DNA of 64,000 bases, taken from assembly GCA_965204755.1 (NCBI GenBank), contig OZ242011.1:1952001-2016000 (forward strand), written 5' to 3'. The position numbers were made by a program, and so were the translations under genes. Position 1 is the stretch's first letter. Each line of letters begins with the position of its first letter. The notes under the pieces are model-generated. The model searched no databases. It was not told the origin of the DNA and worked only from the letters and a program-made list of their open reading frames with translations. Below are positions 40,366 to 50,317 of the stretch, one piece after another. This DNA is from Candidatus Marinacidobacterium sp. (GTDB lineage Bacteria > Acidobacteriota > Vicinamibacteria > Marinacidobacterales > Marinacidobacteraceae).

Positions 40366-43300
40366 GTGAACCTCATCTCCGCCGGCGCGGAGGTGCGGCG
40401 GGTGCGGCGGCGGTTGGGGTTGACGCAGGAGCAATTCGCGGAGGCGTTGCGGGTGACGCCGCTCACGATCCATCGGTGGGAGACCGGGCAATCCCGGCCG
40501 CAGCGGGCGGCGCGGGAGAGGCTGCAGCGGTTCGAGGAGCAGGTGGCGGCCATGGAATCCGGGCGGGCCGCGGAGCCCATGGCCGGCCCCGCCGACCCGC
40601 CGGCGCTGGACTTCGCCGGGAACCCGCAGGCCGCGGCGACCGTGGCCGAGGCGCTGCGGCTGGCGCACGGGCACCAGTTCAACCCGGCGTTCGCCGCCGA
40701 GACCGCCCGCATAGACCCCCTCCCGCACCAGCGGATCGCCGTGTACGAGCGGATGCTCGCCCAGGACCCCCTCCGCTTCCTGCTCGCCGACGACGCCGGG
40801 GCCGGGAAGACGATCATGACCGGCCTCTACCTCCGGGAGATGCTGTCCCGGGGGCGGCTCGCCCGGGCGCTGGTCGTCCCGCCCGCCGGATTGGTCGGCA
40901 ACTGGGAGCGCGAACTCCGCGAACTCTTCCGCCTCCGCTTCCGCATCGTCTCCGGCGCGGACATCCGCGAGGGCGGCGCGTTCGACGGCCCCGGCAGCGA
41001 CCTCGTCATCGTCTCCCTGGACACCCTCGCCCGCGAAACCGCCTTCGAGGCGCTCCGCGCCGAAACCGTCCGCCCCTACGACCTCGTCGTCTTCGACGAG
41101 GCGCACAAACTGGCCGCCCGGGTCCACGCCGGCCGGGTCACCGCCACCCGCCGCTACCGGCTGGCCGAAGCGCTGGCCGGCGTCCGGTCCGCCTCCTCGA
41201 AGCGGGACTTCGCCGGCCTCCGCTGGCGCGCCCGGGGCCTGCTGCTGCTCACCGCGACGCCGCACATGGGCAAGGACGCGCCCTACCACTTCCTCTGGCG
41301 GCTCCTCGACCCCCACGCCTTCTCTACCGGCGAGGCCTGCCGCCGCGCCGGCGCCCCCCTCCGCAACCGCCACTTCATCCGCCGCACGAAGGAGGAGATG
41401 GTCACCCTCACCGGCGAGCCGCTCTACCGCCCCCGCCGCTGCAACACCGTCTCCTACGGCCTGACCGACGGCCCCGATGGCGAAAAGGCCCTCTACCGGC
41501 TCACCACCGACTACCTCCAAACGACCTACGGCCGCGCCCTCTCCAACCGCCCCGCAGCGCAGTTGGCGATGGGCGTCTTCCAGCGGCGACTGGCCAGTTC
41601 CACCTGGGCCGTCCTCCGCTCCTTCGAGCGCCGGATCCGGAAACTCCGCGAAGCCGCCGCCGACCTGGAATCGGGGCGGACGGACGCGCGGGCGCTCCGC
41701 GCCGCCCAGCGGCAGTTGGACGCCCGCCACGGCGAGGACTGGTTCGAGACCCGCACCGCCGACGAGGACGCCGGCCCGGACGGCGCCGACGAGGGCCGCG
41801 ACAACTACGAGGACGCCGTGCTCGGCGCCTTCGTCGAACTCACCGTGGAGGGCCTGCAGAAGGAGATCGCGACCCTTCGAGACCTCCGCGACCGCGCCCG
41901 CCGACTGTTGGACGCCGGCGACGAGTCCAAGTTCGACCGCCTGCGCGAGGTGCTCGAAGCCCCGGACGAGGAAGACGACGAGCCCGGCGCGGGCAAGTGG
42001 CTCCTCTTCAGCGAGCACCGGGACACCGCCGACTACCTGGTGCGCCGCTTGGAGGGACTCGGCTTCGTCGGCGGGGTGGCGCTGATCCACGGCGGCCTCA
42101 CCTGGCGCGAGCGCGAGGAGCAGGTCGCGCACTTCCGCGACCCGCAGGGCGCCCGCTACCTGGTCGCCACCGACGCCGCCGGGGAGGGCATCAACCTCCA
42201 GTTCTGCTCGCGGATGGCCAACTACGACATCCCCTGGAACCCGGCGCGGCTGGAGCAGCGGATGGGCCGCATCCACCGCTACGGCCAGCGGCGCGAAGTG
42301 CGCATCGCCAACCTGGTCGCCGGCGACACCTACGAAGGCCGCGTCCTGGAAGTCCTGCTCGAGAAGTTGGACGCGATCCGCGACGAACTCTCCAGCGACA
42401 AGGTGTTCGATGTCATCGGCCGCCTGTTCGAGGGCCGGCCGCTCGGCGAAGTGATGCTCGGCGGCCTCGCCGGCGACCGCGACGCGGAGGCCGCCGAGCG
42501 TCTGCTCGCCGGGCGGTTGACCGCCGAACGCGTGGCCGAAGTCACCGAGGAGCAGCAGCGGATCTACGGCAACCCCGGGGAAGTCGCCGAGCGGCTCCCG
42601 GAACTCCGGGCCGACCTCGACCGCGAGCGCTACCTCGAACTGCTGCCGGCGTATGTGCGGCGGTTCGTGGAACAGGCGGCCCCGCTGCTCGACCTGGAAG
42701 TCCGCGGCGATCCGGACGGTTTCTTCACGCTGGCGTCCGCCCGGCCCGGCGCACTCGACCCGCTGCTCCCCGCGCTGGAAACCCACCCGCCGATCGCGCG
42801 CTCCCGCCTCTCTGCGCGCCGCCCGCCGGCGGAACCGGGCGAGCCCGGCGTCTGGCTCCACCCCGGCGAACCGGTCTTCGACACGCTCGCCGACGAGGTC
42901 GGACGGCGCCACCGGCGCGACGCCCGGCGCGGCGCGATCTTCGTGGACGCCCGGGCGGAGGAGCCGTACTTCCTCCACCTGGCGCTGGTCACCGTCGAAC
43001 GCCTGCGGGAGCCGGTCGAGGTCGAGGGGCATCCCGGCCTCTTCGAAGCGCGGCCCGACACCGAACCGGAAGTCCTCGAGCGCCGCCTCCTCGGCATCCG
43101 CCATGCCGCCGGCGCCGCCCCGACCACGGAGCCCGTCGAGCGGCTGATGCTCCTGCGCCCGGCGCCGGAAATCGCCCCCGGCGGCGTCCCGCTGGCCGCC
43201 CGCGGCGTCGCGATGCGGGCGGAGTCCGCGGCGCTCGCGGAGCGCGCGCGGGACGACCTCGTGGAGGAGCGCCGGAACGCGGCGCGGCGCGAACTGCCGG

Positions 43301-43968
43301 AGCGCCGCCGCCGGCTGGCGGTCGGCTTCGACCTGAAAGCCGCCGAACTCGCCGCCCGCCGCGCCGAACTCGCCTCCGGCAAGCGCGCCCCGGAGGACGG
43401 GGAGCGGGAGGAAGTCCGCAACGAACAGCGCCTCCTCGCCCGGGAAAAACGCCGAGCCCTGGCCCGCCTCGAAGCCGAACCGAGCCGGATCGTCCCCGGC
43501 GGCGCCCCGCTGCTCCTCCACGCGCTGGTCGTCCCCTCGGACGACGAGGAGGAGAAGCAGCAATACGACGCGACCGTGGAGGAGATCGCCGTGCGCCACG
43601 CCGTCGAGTGGGAGCGGCGGCGCGGCCGGGAAGTGAGCGATGTTTCCAAACCGGCTCTCGCCCGCGCCCGGGGGCTTTCCGACTGGCCGGGCTTCGACCT
43701 CCTCTCCCGCGGCCCGGACGGCGAGGAGATCTGCATCGAGGTCAAGGGCCGCGCCGGCCGGGGCTCGATCCACTTCCAGGGCAACGAGTGGAAGCAGGCC
43801 ATGAACCGGGAGGACACCTACTGGCTCTACGCCGTCCTCGACTGCGCCACCCCGACTCCGCGCCTCCAGCGAATCCGGAACCCGTTCCGCCAGTTCCTGG
43901 TCCGCGAACAGGTCTCGCTCGCCTATACGATTCCGGCATCGAAACTGATCGAGTGCGCAGAGAAGTGA
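40366..43968 (+). CDS. XRE-HTH + SNF2-family helicase + DUF3883 nuclease fusion
   Basis: N-terminal LGLTQEQFAEAL..TIHRWETG, LLADDAGAGKT, DEAH, TATPH, TDAAGEGINLQ, WNPARLEQRMGRIHRYGQ, C-terminal GFDLLS..IEVKG. Confidence 0.88.
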   Translation: MNLISAGAEVRRVRRRLGLTQEQFAEALRVTPLTIHRWETGQSRPQRAARERLQRFEEQVAAMESGRAAEPMAGPADPPALDFAGNPQAAATVAEALRLAHGHQFNPAFAAETARIDPLPHQRIAVYERMLAQDPLRFLLADDAGAGKTIMTGLYLREMLSRGRLARALVVPPAGLVGNWERELRELFRLRFRIVSGADIREGGAFDGPGSDLVIVSLDTLARETAFEALRAETVRPYDLVVFDEAHKLAARVHAGRVTATRRYRLAEALAGVRSASSKRDFAGLRWRARGLLLLTATPHMGKDAPYHFLWRLLDPHAFSTGEACRRAGAPLRNRHFIRRTKEEMVTLTGEPLYRPRRCNTVSYGLTDGPDGEKALYRLTTDYLQTTYGRALSNRPAAQLAMGVFQRRLASSTWAVLRSFERRIRKLREAAADLESGRTDARALRAAQRQLDARHGEDWFETRTADEDAGPDGADEGRDNYEDAVLGAFVELTVEGLQKEIATLRDLRDRARRLLDAGDESKFDRLREVLEAPDEEDDEPGAGKWLLFSEHRDTADYLVRRLEGLGFVGGVALIHGGLTWREREEQVAHFRDPQGARYLVATDAAGEGINLQFCSRMANYDIPWNPARLEQRMGRIHRYGQRREVRIANLVAGDTYEGRVLEVLLEKLDAIRDELSSDKVFDVIGRLFEGRPLGEVMLGGLAGDRDAEAAERLLAGRLTAERVAEVTEEQQRIYGNPGEVAERLPELRADLDRERYLELLPAYVRRFVEQAAPLLDLEVRGDPDGFFTLASARPGALDPLLPALETHPPIARSRLSARRPPAEPGEPGVWLHPGEPVFDTLADEVGRRHRRDARRGAIFVDARAEEPYFLHLALVTVERLREPVEVEGHPGLFEARPDTEPEVLERRLLGIRHAAGAAPTTEPVERLMLLRPAPEIAPGGVPLAARGVAMRAESAALAERARDDLVEERRNAARRELPERRRRLAVGFDLKAAELAARRAELASGKRAPEDGEREEVRNEQRLLAREKRRALARLEAEPSRIVPGGAPLLLHALVVPSDDEEEKQQYDATVEEIAVRHAVEWERRRGREVSDVSKPALARARGLSDWPGFDLLSRGPDGEEICIEVKGRAGRGSIHFQGNEWKQAMNREDTYWLYAVLDCATPTPRLQRIRNPFRQFLVREQVSLAYTIPASKLIECAEK

Positions 43969-43982
43969 AGGAGGCTGACCCC

Positions 43983-45107
43983 GTGTCCCGGACGCCGGAC
44001 GAACTGGACCCGCCGGCGCCGGCCCTTCCCGCCCACCCGGAGTCCGCCGAAACCCTCGTCGAAGACCCGGATGCGGCGACCGAGGCCGCGGACGAGAACG
44101 GCGAGTCCGTCCGTTACCTGATCTCGAGTTACGGCTCGGACATGCCGGTGGACGCCCTCGTCCGCCGCTTCCAGCGCGAGGACATCTTCATTCCTCCGTT
44201 CCAGCGGAAGTTCGTCTGGAGGCGGAACCAAGCCTCCCGATTCGTCGAGTCGCTCCTGCTCGGCCTCCCGGTCCCCGGCATCTTCCTGTTCCGGGAGCCG
44301 GACACGCGCAAGTTGATGGTCGTGGACGGCCAGCAACGCATCGTCACGCTCTCGTCCTTCTACGGCGGCGTGCTCGGCGATCGCAAATTCACGCTGTCCC
44401 AAGTGAGTCCCGAGTTCCGGGGAAAGGCGTACGCCGACCTGGAGGACGACGACCGCCGCGCGCTCGACGACGCGATCGTCCACGCCACGATCTTCCACCA
44501 GGACGAACCCACGGACGACCGGGGATCGGTCTATTCCGTCTTCGAACGACTGAACACCGGCGGAAGCGTGCTCCAACCGCAGGAGATCCGCTCCTGTGTG
44601 TACCGGGGACCCCTGATCGACCTCTTGGGTGAGTTGGCGAAAGACGACGACTGGCGTTCCCTGTGGGGCCGCCCGAGCGACCGGAAGAAGGACGAAGAGG
44701 TCATTCTCCGGTTCCTCGCCCTCCACAACGACCTCGACGCCTACCAGCCACCCCTGAAGCGATTCCTGAACGAGTTCACCCGAACGCATCGGCAGTGGAA
44801 CGCCGCTGCCGGCCCCGCTTTCGAGAAGCAGTTCCGCGAGAGCGTTCGCGTCATCGCCGCCTCACTCGGCCCTCGCGCGTTCCGGCCGGAGCGCGCCGTC
44901 AACACGGCCGTCGCCGACGCCGTGTTGTGCGGCGTGGCGCACCGACTATCCCTCGACGGGGCGCCCGATTCGTCGGCGTGGGCGCCGGCGTGGGAACGGT
45001 TGAAGGCGGGATTGAAATCGGACGACCTCGTCTCCGGCGGCACCGCGCACCTGGACCGCGTCCGAAGGCGCATCCTCCTTGCGCGTGACGCGTTCGCCCG
45101 AGTCTGA
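43983..45107 (+). CDS. DUF262 (ParB-like/GmrS-type) domain protein
   Basis: SD AAGGAGG then GTG. PPFQRKFVW, VDGQQR, FERLNTGG all intact. Confidence 0.88.
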   Translation: MSRTPDELDPPAPALPAHPESAETLVEDPDAATEAADENGESVRYLISSYGSDMPVDALVRRFQREDIFIPPFQRKFVWRRNQASRFVESLLLGLPVPGIFLFREPDTRKLMVVDGQQRIVTLSSFYGGVLGDRKFTLSQVSPEFRGKAYADLEDDDRRALDDAIVHATIFHQDEPTDDRGSVYSVFERLNTGGSVLQPQEIRSCVYRGPLIDLLGELAKDDDWRSLWGRPSDRKKDEEVILRFLALHNDLDAYQPPLKRFLNEFTRTHRQWNAAAGPAFEKQFRESVRVIAASLGPRAFRPERAVNTAVADAVLCGVAHRLSLDGAPDSSAWAPAWERLKAGLKSDDLVSGGTAHLDRVRRRILLARDAFARV

Positions 45108-45562
45108 TGCATCGGCCGCAGACGCAGAGCCTCGAGAACGCGTTCGCCGCCGCCGAGAGCGCGTGCGCCGACCTCTACGACGAGGACGAGGGGCGCGTGG
45201 CGCTGTTGATGACCATCTGGGCGTCGGGGTATCTCGAGGTGACCTGTCGAGAGACACTCCTCCACTACGCGAGGGAGCGCTCGGCGCCCGCTGTCGCGCG
45301 GTATGTGCGGAGCCAGTTGCACTGGTTCCAGAATCCGAACATGGAGCGGATCGCCGAACTGATCGGCCGGTTCGACAAGGACAAGGCGGCGGAACTGCGC
45401 GATTGGGCGGAGGGCCCGGTCGCGGAGAGCGTGAACAGCATCCGGGGGCTCCGCAACCAGGTCGCCCATGGGCAACTGCCGGATGTGAGCGTCGCTTGGA
45501 TCGTCGGACACTTCCGCAACGCCCGCCTCCTTTCGAACCGCCTGGCGAGGCTGATGGCGTGA
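45107..45562 (+). CDS. HEPN domain protein (RiboL-PSP/MAE_28990-like)
   Basis: SGYLE, FQNP, RNQVAHG RxxxxH motif. Coupled to DUF262. Confidence 0.8.
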   Translation: MHRPQTQSLENAFAAAESACADLYDEDEGRVALLMTIWASGYLEVTCRETLLHYARERSAPAVARYVRSQLHWFQNPNMERIAELIGRFDKDKAAELRDWAEGPVAESVNSIRGLRNQVAHGQLPDVSVAWIVGHFRNARLLSNRLARLMA

Positions 45563-45761
45563 TGCGGCGCCCCGGCTTCGTCCCGCTACGATTCCGCTGT
45601 CTTCGCGATTCCGTTCTCGGAACCGGTCGAGAAGGCCGGGAGGGACTGATGGTGGGTCTGACACCGGGGCGAACCGTGCGCGGGGCGCTCCTTGCTTCGC
45701 GTCGTTGCGGCGGCGCGCGTTCGGCGTTCGGCGGCCCGCCGACTCGGGCGGAGGATCCCCG

Positions 45762-46046
45762 ATGAAGATTCGGGAGGCTGTCCGGTGCGCCAAGGCCCGC
45801 GTCGCCGACCTGTTCGAGGACGAGGGCATCACCGCGCTCGCCCTCGAGGAGATCGAGTGCCAACCCGACGAGGGCGTCTGGACGCTGACCATCGGTTTCT
45901 TCCGCCCGTGGCACAAGGGCGCGGAGGAGCGGAACTTCCTCGGCGAACCGCGGCTGTCGCGTTGCTTCAAGGTCGTTCGGCTCGCCGACGCGACCGGCGA
46001 AGTGCTCTCCGTCCGGAATTGGGCCCAAGCGGAGGCGGCGCGATGA
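45762..46046 (+). CDS. Small protein, paralog of the PIN partner at 50030
   Basis: LEEIE...VWTLTIGFFRPWHKG.EERN.LGEPRLSR.FKVVRL. Confidence 0.7.
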   Translation: MKIREAVRCAKARVADLFEDEGITALALEEIECQPDEGVWTLTIGFFRPWHKGAEERNFLGEPRLSRCFKVVRLADATGEVLSVRNWAQAEAAR

Positions 46047-48202
46047 GCGCTCCGGTGGCCGAGGCCGTCCGGGACCGGGCGGCGGAGCGGTCGGAGCGCT
46101 ATTCGGAGCACCGCACGGTCGAAGAGTTCGCGAGGCAACTCGACAGCGGCGAACTCATCGCGCCCAACCTGCGGCGGCGGCCCTGGTCGTTGCGGCGGGC
46201 TTCCCGGTTCATCGAGTCGTTGATCAACGGCCTTCCGGTCGGGGAAGTCTTCCTGTTCCCGGATACGGAGACCGACCGCCGGGTAGTCCTCGACGGGAAC
46301 CGGCGGCTCGCCGTCCTCGCTTCGTTCTACCGGGGCTGGTTCGGCGGAGAGGGATTCGCGCTGACCGGGGTGGACCCGGAGATCGAGGGCAAGACCCGCC
46401 GGACGCTGCGCTATCCCTACGGCGGCCGGCTCGACGAGGCGGTGATCCCGACCACGGTCCTGGCGCCCGGTTCCGACGAGGGTCGGTCGGCCCTCCGAGA
46501 AGTCGTCGAGCGCCTGCACAGCGACGACGCGCCGATGCGGCCGCAGGAAATCCGGACTTGCCTCCACCGGGGGGCATTCAACGACCTGCTGGGCCGATTG
46601 GTCGAGGACGCCGGGTGGAGACGCCTCTACGGCGATGCGGGCGACCGCCGGGACGAAGAAGAGGCCGCCCTCCGGTTCCTGGCGCTCCACAACGCGCTCG
46701 ACCGGTACCGCGGCGCGATGAGGGACTTCCTCGACGCCTTCATGGGCCGCCACCGCCGGTGGTCGGCCACCGACGACCCGCCGTTCGTGCAGCAGTTCCG
46801 GGGCGCGGTCGGACTCCTCGCCGGCGCGTCGGCCCGGGTGGCGGCCGGCGCCGGAGACGGCTCGGAGCGCGCCCCGGACCCCCGAATCCTCGACGCCCTT
46901 CTCTGCGGCGCGGCCCACCGCCTGGAAACCGGGCCGCCCCCCGACGACGACGCCGTCCTCCGGGCGCGGAAGCGGCTCACCCTTCGGTTGGAAGCCGAGG
47001 GTCTCGCTTCCCCCGACGCCCCGGACGAAGATTCCGCGCGGCGGCGGATCGAACTCGCCCGCGAAGCGTTCGGCGCGGCGCAGGACTCGGCGCCGCTTCC
47101 CCCGCCGGAACCCCGCGAAACCGGGCGACGGGCCGGCCGCCCGCCGCCGAAACCCGCGCCTCCGCCGTCCCCGCCGGCGGAAGCGAGCGCGACGACCGCA
47201 CCGAAAGACGACGGGGACGAAATCCTGACCGTCGAGACCGACATCCTCCAATACTCCGGAAGCCCCTCGATTCCCGACCTGCTTCGGGAAGTGGAGAGCG
47301 GAGACCTCGTCATCCCGAAGTCCCGGCGGACGCTCCGGTGGTCGCGCGAGCGGGCGTCCCGCTGGATCGAATCCCTGCTTCTCGACCTCCCGGTCCCCGG
47401 GGTCGTCCTGTTCGCTGAGCGGGAACGAGGCCGGTCGGTCGTCGTGGACGGATGCCAGCGGCTCCTTTCGATCCTCTGCTTCTACCGGGGCGAGATCGGT
47501 GACGAGGAATTCACGCTTCGCGGCGTGGGCGGCGACCTCGAGGGCCGGCCCTACTCCGGGCTGACCTATGCGCGCCAACGGGCGCTCGACGACGCGGTGG
47601 CGCCCCGGTCGGTCTTCCGCCAACTCGACGACGGATGCGACGCCGACTCCATCCATGCGGCCTTCGAACATCTCAGCCGACTGCGCGCGCAGGAAATCCG
47701 CTCCTGCCTCTTCCCCGGCCCGCTCGACGACCTGCTGTCCGAACTGGCGGAGGATCCGTGTTGGCGCCGCCTCCGGGGCGCTCCCGGAGAGGGGCTGCAG
47801 GACGAGGAGGACATCCTTCGTTTCCTGGCGCTCCACAACGAGCCCGAAACCCGCGGCCGCTCCATGAAGCGGTTCCTGAACGCGTTCATGGAGGGAAACC
47901 GCAACACAATCACCGCTGCCGCGCCGTTCGCCTCCCAGTTTCGCGGCGCGGCGCGCGCCACCTGCCGGGAGATCGGCCCGGAGGCGCTCCGGCCGGACGG
48001 GGTGTTCGACGAGTCCTTCGCCGACGCCGTCCTGTGCGGCGTCGCGCACCGCCTGGAGAACGGTTCGGGCGCCGACGCGCCTCCGCTCAAAGCCGGTTAC
48101 CGACGGCTCCTAGAACGGATGTGCGAGACGGAACCCGGCGGAAAGCGCCCCGCGAACGGCGAGCGCATCGCCCTGGCGCGGGAGGCGTTCGCAGCGTCGT
48201 GA
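46043..48202 (+). CDS. Tandem double DUF262-like protein with degenerate motifs
   Basis: Two copies of the 43983 protein joined by a Pro-rich linker. LDGNRR and VDGCQR replace DGQQR. Confidence 0.75.
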   Translation: MSAPVAEAVRDRAAERSERYSEHRTVEEFARQLDSGELIAPNLRRRPWSLRRASRFIESLINGLPVGEVFLFPDTETDRRVVLDGNRRLAVLASFYRGWFGGEGFALTGVDPEIEGKTRRTLRYPYGGRLDEAVIPTTVLAPGSDEGRSALREVVERLHSDDAPMRPQEIRTCLHRGAFNDLLGRLVEDAGWRRLYGDAGDRRDEEEAALRFLALHNALDRYRGAMRDFLDAFMGRHRRWSATDDPPFVQQFRGAVGLLAGASARVAAGAGDGSERAPDPRILDALLCGAAHRLETGPPPDDDAVLRARKRLTLRLEAEGLASPDAPDEDSARRRIELAREAFGAAQDSAPLPPPEPRETGRRAGRPPPKPAPPPSPPAEASATTAPKDDGDEILTVETDILQYSGSPSIPDLLREVESGDLVIPKSRRTLRWSRERASRWIESLLLDLPVPGVVLFAERERGRSVVVDGCQRLLSILCFYRGEIGDEEFTLRGVGGDLEGRPYSGLTYARQRALDDAVAPRSVFRQLDDGCDADSIHAAFEHLSRLRAQEIRSCLFPGPLDDLLSELAEDPCWRRLRGAPGEGLQDEEDILRFLALHNEPETRGRSMKRFLNAFMEGNRNTITAAAPFASQFRGAARATCREIGPEALRPDGVFDESFADAVLCGVAHRLENGSGADAPPLKAGYRRLLERMCETEPGGKRPANGERIALAREAFAAS

Positions 48203-48681
48203 GCGCTTCGGGAAAGGCGGCGCGCCTGGAGAGGGCGTTCCTGTCGGAACTGGAATGGGCCCGCGGGCTGGACGAAGCGCGACGGGAACGCCTCGTGGAG
48301 TTGATGACGATCCAGGCCTCCGCGTACCTGGAGGCCGCCTGCCGGGAAATCGTCATCGCGTACGCCGCCCGCCGGGCCGACCCGGAGGTCGCGAACTATG
48401 TGGAGCGTCAGATGGATCGCTTCGGCGCGCCCCGCATGGACCGCATCGTGGCGCTCGTCCGCGCCTTCGAGGAGCGCAAGGCGCGGGAGTTGAGCGCGTT
48501 CGCGCAGGAGTCGGGCGCGTTTACGCGAAGGTCTCTCGCGGCGAGCATCAACACCCTGGTGACGAGGCGGAACGAAGTCGCCCACGGACGAGCGGGGCGG
48601 AAGTTGGAGATCGCGGAGATCGACCGGCATTTCCGCGATGCCCGGACGGTGGCGAAGCAACTGGAGGAACTGCTGGCGTGA
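48199..48681 (+). CDS. HEPN domain protein, paralog of 45107
   Basis: SAYLE, RNEVAHG. Confidence 0.78.
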   Translation: MSASGKAARLERAFLSELEWARGLDEARRERLVELMTIQASAYLEAACREIVIAYAARRADPEVANYVERQMDRFGAPRMDRIVALVRAFEERKARELSAFAQESGAFTRRSLAASINTLVTRRNEVAHGRAGRKLEIAEIDRHFRDARTVAKQLEELLA

Positions 48682-50033
48682 GCGCCGTGGCCGCCCCCGG
48701 AGTCGCCGCCGCCGAGGCCCGCGCGGCGCCGCAGCGCGAAGACCGTCACGCCCGGAACGCGGCGGAGTACTACGACCCGGACGAACTGCTGGCCCTGCTC
48801 CGGGCCGGCGAGGGGACGGCGCTGGAACTGCGGGAGGCCGCCGACCCGGGGGGCGTGCCCGACGGACGCCGCGCCGACACCGACCTCGCCGAAGTCTTCG
48901 TCAGCATGGCGAACACGAACGGGGGCCTGGTGGTGTTCGGCGTCGGCCGCCCGGACGGGAAGGTCGTCGGCATCGAGCCCGAACGGCGCGACGCGGCGGA
49001 GCGGTTCGCCCTGCATGTCGCTTCGGCCCGTTGCGAACCGACCATCCTCGCGGAGCCGGATTGGGTCGTCCTTCCCGACGAGGGCGGCATCGGCCGCGCC
49101 TGTTTCGTCGTCCGCATTCGTCCGTCGTTCCGCGACTACCACCGGACGAGCGAAGGACGCTGCCTGCGGCGGAGCGGAACGCGCCGGTTCCCTGCCCATC
49201 CGGAACTCATGGACCGGCGCCTGACCCGGCAACGCCCGCCGACGCCGGTCGAGGACCGCCCGGCGCTCCGGAGTCGGCTCCCCGACCTCGACCGGACGCT
49301 GCTCGCCGCCTACTTCCGCCGCCGGTTCCCGGACTGGTCGCCACCGGAGGATTGGTCGCCGCTGCTCCGGAACCACCACTTCGCCGCCGAAACCGCCCTC
49401 GGCGTCATCCCGACTTTCCTCGGCGTCCTGATGTTCTCCGAACGCCCGGACGACTACTTGCCGGGCGCCTTCATCGAGATGGAGTTCCACGGCGCGAAAG
49501 CCCCGGAGGCAGAGTCGCCGACCGTCGAGCGAATCATCGGGCCGCTCCCTCGACAGATCGAGCAGGCGGTTTCGTCCCTCGAAGACTCGCCGCTGACCCG
49601 TACCGTCTCCCCGACGGAAGACGGCGCCGGACCGGGCTACTCGATCGGCGCCCTCCGGGAGGCGGTCGCGAACGCCGTCGTCCACCGGGACTACGCCGAC
49701 CCGTCTCCGGTGGTCGTCCGCGTGTTCCCCGACCGCATCGAGTTCGAGAACCCCGGAACCCTCTGTAACGCCGAGCCGTCCTCTCTCTACGCCGGAGCGC
49801 CGCCCAGGCGCCGCAACCAGATGCTCGCCGGCGTCCTCGGGTACTGCGACAGCCGCTACCCGGGCGGCCGGTTGACGAAGTTGCCGGGCGTCGGATTCTC
49901 GACGCTGATCCGCGAGAGCGAGCGCCTGTCCGGTCGCCGTCCGGATCTGGAAACGATCGGCAGAACGACCCGGCTCGCGCTCCATTGGATCCCCCCTTCC
50001 TTCTCACCAACCCCTTCGGAGAACCACCGATGA
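48678..50033 (+). CDS. Schlafen/AlbA_2 + HATPase_c_4-like (RecG-type C-terminal) protein
   Basis: GEGTALELR, SMANTNGGLVVFGV, ALREAVANAVVHRDY, DRIEFENPG, RNQMLA. Confidence 0.75.
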   Translation: MSAVAAPGVAAAEARAAPQREDRHARNAAEYYDPDELLALLRAGEGTALELREAADPGGVPDGRRADTDLAEVFVSMANTNGGLVVFGVGRPDGKVVGIEPERRDAAERFALHVASARCEPTILAEPDWVVLPDEGGIGRACFVVRIRPSFRDYHRTSEGRCLRRSGTRRFPAHPELMDRRLTRQRPPTPVEDRPALRSRLPDLDRTLLAAYFRRRFPDWSPPEDWSPLLRNHHFAAETALGVIPTFLGVLMFSERPDDYLPGAFIEMEFHGAKAPEAESPTVERIIGPLPRQIEQAVSSLEDSPLTRTVSPTEDGAGPGYSIGALREAVANAVVHRDYADPSPVVVRVFPDRIEFENPGTLCNAEPSSLYAGAPPRRRNQMLAGVLGYCDSRYPGGRLTKLPGVGFSTLIRESERLSGRRPDLETIGRTTRLALHWIPPSFSPTPSENHR

Positions 50034-50317
50034 ACATGTTGAACGCCCGGGAAGCCGGCCGCAAAGCCAAGCAGCACATCGCCGAACTTCTCAGCGACGA
50101 GAACATCACCGAGATCGGCCTCGAGGAAATCGAGTACGAAGACGACGAGAGTGTCTGGCTCGTAACCGTCGGCTTCTTCCGTCCCTGGCACAAGGGCGTC
50201 GAGGAGAGAAACATCCTCGGGGAGCCCCGGTTGTCGCGCAGTTACAAGGTCGTCCGCCTGGACGCTGCCGGCGAGGTCATCTCCGTTCGGCATCGCGACC
50301 CCTCGATCGTGCGATGA
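50030..50317 (+). CDS. Putative antitoxin-like partner of the PIN protein
   Basis: IGLEEIEY..VWLVTVGFFRPW. Start and stop overlap both neighbours. Confidence 0.65.
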   Translation: MNMLNAREAGRKAKQHIAELLSDENITEIGLEEIEYEDDESVWLVTVGFFRPWHKGVEERNILGEPRLSRSYKVVRLDAAGEVISVRHRDPSIVR

